From: Ranitomeya imitator
Lineage: Eukaryota
NCBI RefSeq assembly: GCF_032444005.1
Contig: NC_091283.1
Coordinates: forward strand, 827,514,001 to 827,578,000
Length of the DNA stretch: 64,000 nt
Direction of reading: 5' to 3'
The notes under the pieces were generated by a model. That model had not been told where the DNA came from. It saw only the letters and a program-made list of their open reading frames with translations, and searched no databases. The first letter of the stretch is position 1, and each line of letters starts with the position of its first letter. Shown here one piece after another: positions 62,601 to 64,000 of the stretch. The translations under genes and the position numbers were made by a program.

Positions 62601-64000
62601 TGTGGTCAGTGGAGGCCTAGTGGAAGGAGTGACCGCAGACAGGCATCGAAGGCCTAAAATAATAACACATGGCTGTAGGCAATTTTAAATTGGTTCCAGG
62701 GGTACACGGGCAGCAGTGGCCTGGTCAGTGTAGTAGTAGTAGAAAGAACGGACCGCAGACAGGCATCGAAGGCCTAAAATAAAAAAATTGGGCTGGCTGT
62801 AGGCAATTTTAAATTGGTTCCAGGGGTACACGGGCAGCAGTGGTGTGGTCAGTGGAGGCATATTGTAAGGAGTGACCGCAGACAGGCATCGAAGGCCTAA
62901 AATAATAACACATGGCTGTAGGCAATTTTAAATTGGTTCCAGGGGTACACGGGCAGCAGTGGTGTGGTCAGTGGAGGCCTAGTGGAAGGAGTGACCGCAG
63001 ACAGGCATCGAAGGCCTAAAATAAAAAAATTGGGCTGGCTGTAGGCAATTTTAAATTGGTTCCAGGGGTACACGGGCAGCAGTGGTGTGGTCAGTGGAGG
63101 CCTAGTGGAAGGAGTGACCGCAGACAGGCATCGAAGGCCTAAAATAATAACACATGGCTGTAGGCAATTTTAAATTGGTTCCAGGGGTACACGGGCAGCA
63201 GTGGTGTGGTCAGTGGAGGCATATTGTGAGGAGTGACCGCAGACAGGCATCGAAGGCCTAAAATAATAACACATGGCTGTAGGCAATTTTAAATTGGTTC
63301 CAGGGGTACACGGGCAGCAGTGGTGTGGTCAGTGGAGGCCTAGTGGAAGGAGTGACCACAGACAGGCATCGAAGGCCTAAAATAATAACACATGGCTGTA
63401 GGCAATTTTAAATTGGTTACAGGGGTACACGGGCAGCAGTGGTGTGGTCAGTGGAGGCCTAGTGGAAGGAGTGACCACAGACAGGCATCGAAGGCCTAAC
63501 ATAACAAAAATGTCAATACAATGGTATTGTCAGTGGCAGGCATTGAAGGATGTCAGCGCATAGACTAAACATTGGTGGAGCTGTGAGATAATTTTGCAAG
63601 TGGTAGAGCACTGTTTGAGCTGGGGGGGGGGGGGAACTGTCTTGTGGCCGGCGGTACAGGCCCAGGGCCCCTCATATTACAACGGTGTGTCTGACGTTGG
63701 GTGCGCACCACCACCGCCAGAGACACTTTATTGTACTAGGAGGGACCCAGTGGCAGTGCCGTCAACCAAAAGCGGGCACACCCACCTCTTCAGATAAACA
63801 GCACTCTCACGGGTGCTGTCGCCAAGTGTCGATACCACGGCCCCGTGTGGGGAGTTTGGCCATTTCGTGAGGTGGAAACATGTCGTATGCTGGACAATCA
63901 GGTGCAGAAAATTACGAGATTGGAAAAGGCATTCAGAATAGTCCACAGGCAAGACCTTTTCATAGGAAAGCTAGGTGTCAGCTGGGCAAGGTGGGGCAAA
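59664..64000. mobile_element. Large hAT-like non-autonomous element (right end outside the window)
   Basis: Starts TAGGGTTGAGCGA, like the TAGTGTTGAGC hAT TIR at 27541, with subterminal CCCGA/TCGAG motifs. It contains about 125-bp repeats (60640-61420). No clear transposase is visible. Confidence 0.55.
61700..63500. repeat. About 120-123-bp tandem repeat, about 15 copies
   Basis: GACCGCAGACAGGCATCGAAGGCCTAAAATA...GGCAATTTTAAATTGGTTCCAGGGGTACACGGGCAGCAGTGG recurs regularly. Confidence 0.95.

Noticed and set aside
58820-63500. Regular arrays superficially resembling CRISPR
   Set aside because: They are head-to-tail tandem repeats with no unique spacers, in eukaryotic DNA with no cas genes.
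63594-64000. hAT transposase C-terminus at the window end
   Set aside because: No hAT dimerisation motif (e.g. SERVFS) could be read in any frame.

Overview
This is vertebrate genomic DNA, not prokaryotic. The transposon families and the presence of cdc25d suggest an anuran amphibian (inference). Four spliced genes lie in tandem on the minus strand: a cdc25d-like phosphatase (12 coding exons, 57890-37054), PGAM1 (4 exons, 26868-17604), EXOSC1 (8 exons, 13769-7553, with one U12 minor intron) and the 5' part of ZDHHC16 (1825 to the window edge). Introns and intergenic DNA are dense with MITEs (Harbinger, hAT, Kolobok/T2, piggyBac-like), Tc1 relics, solo LTRs, V-SINEs, a near-intact 5'-truncated CR1 LINE and many minisatellites. 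The most unusual signal is a 331-nt repeat unit present in about 1.4 copies (29301-35903), interrupted by two TTAA transposons. It carries a canonical type I hammerhead ribozyme (35573-35617, minus), an internal octamer+SPH snRNA-type enhancer and a CTCF motif, which resembles a newt satellite-2-like retrozyme. A second, variant (A3:U8) minimal hammerhead lies in the sense strand of EXOSC1 intron 1. All calls were made by eye; no database searches or folding programs were run.
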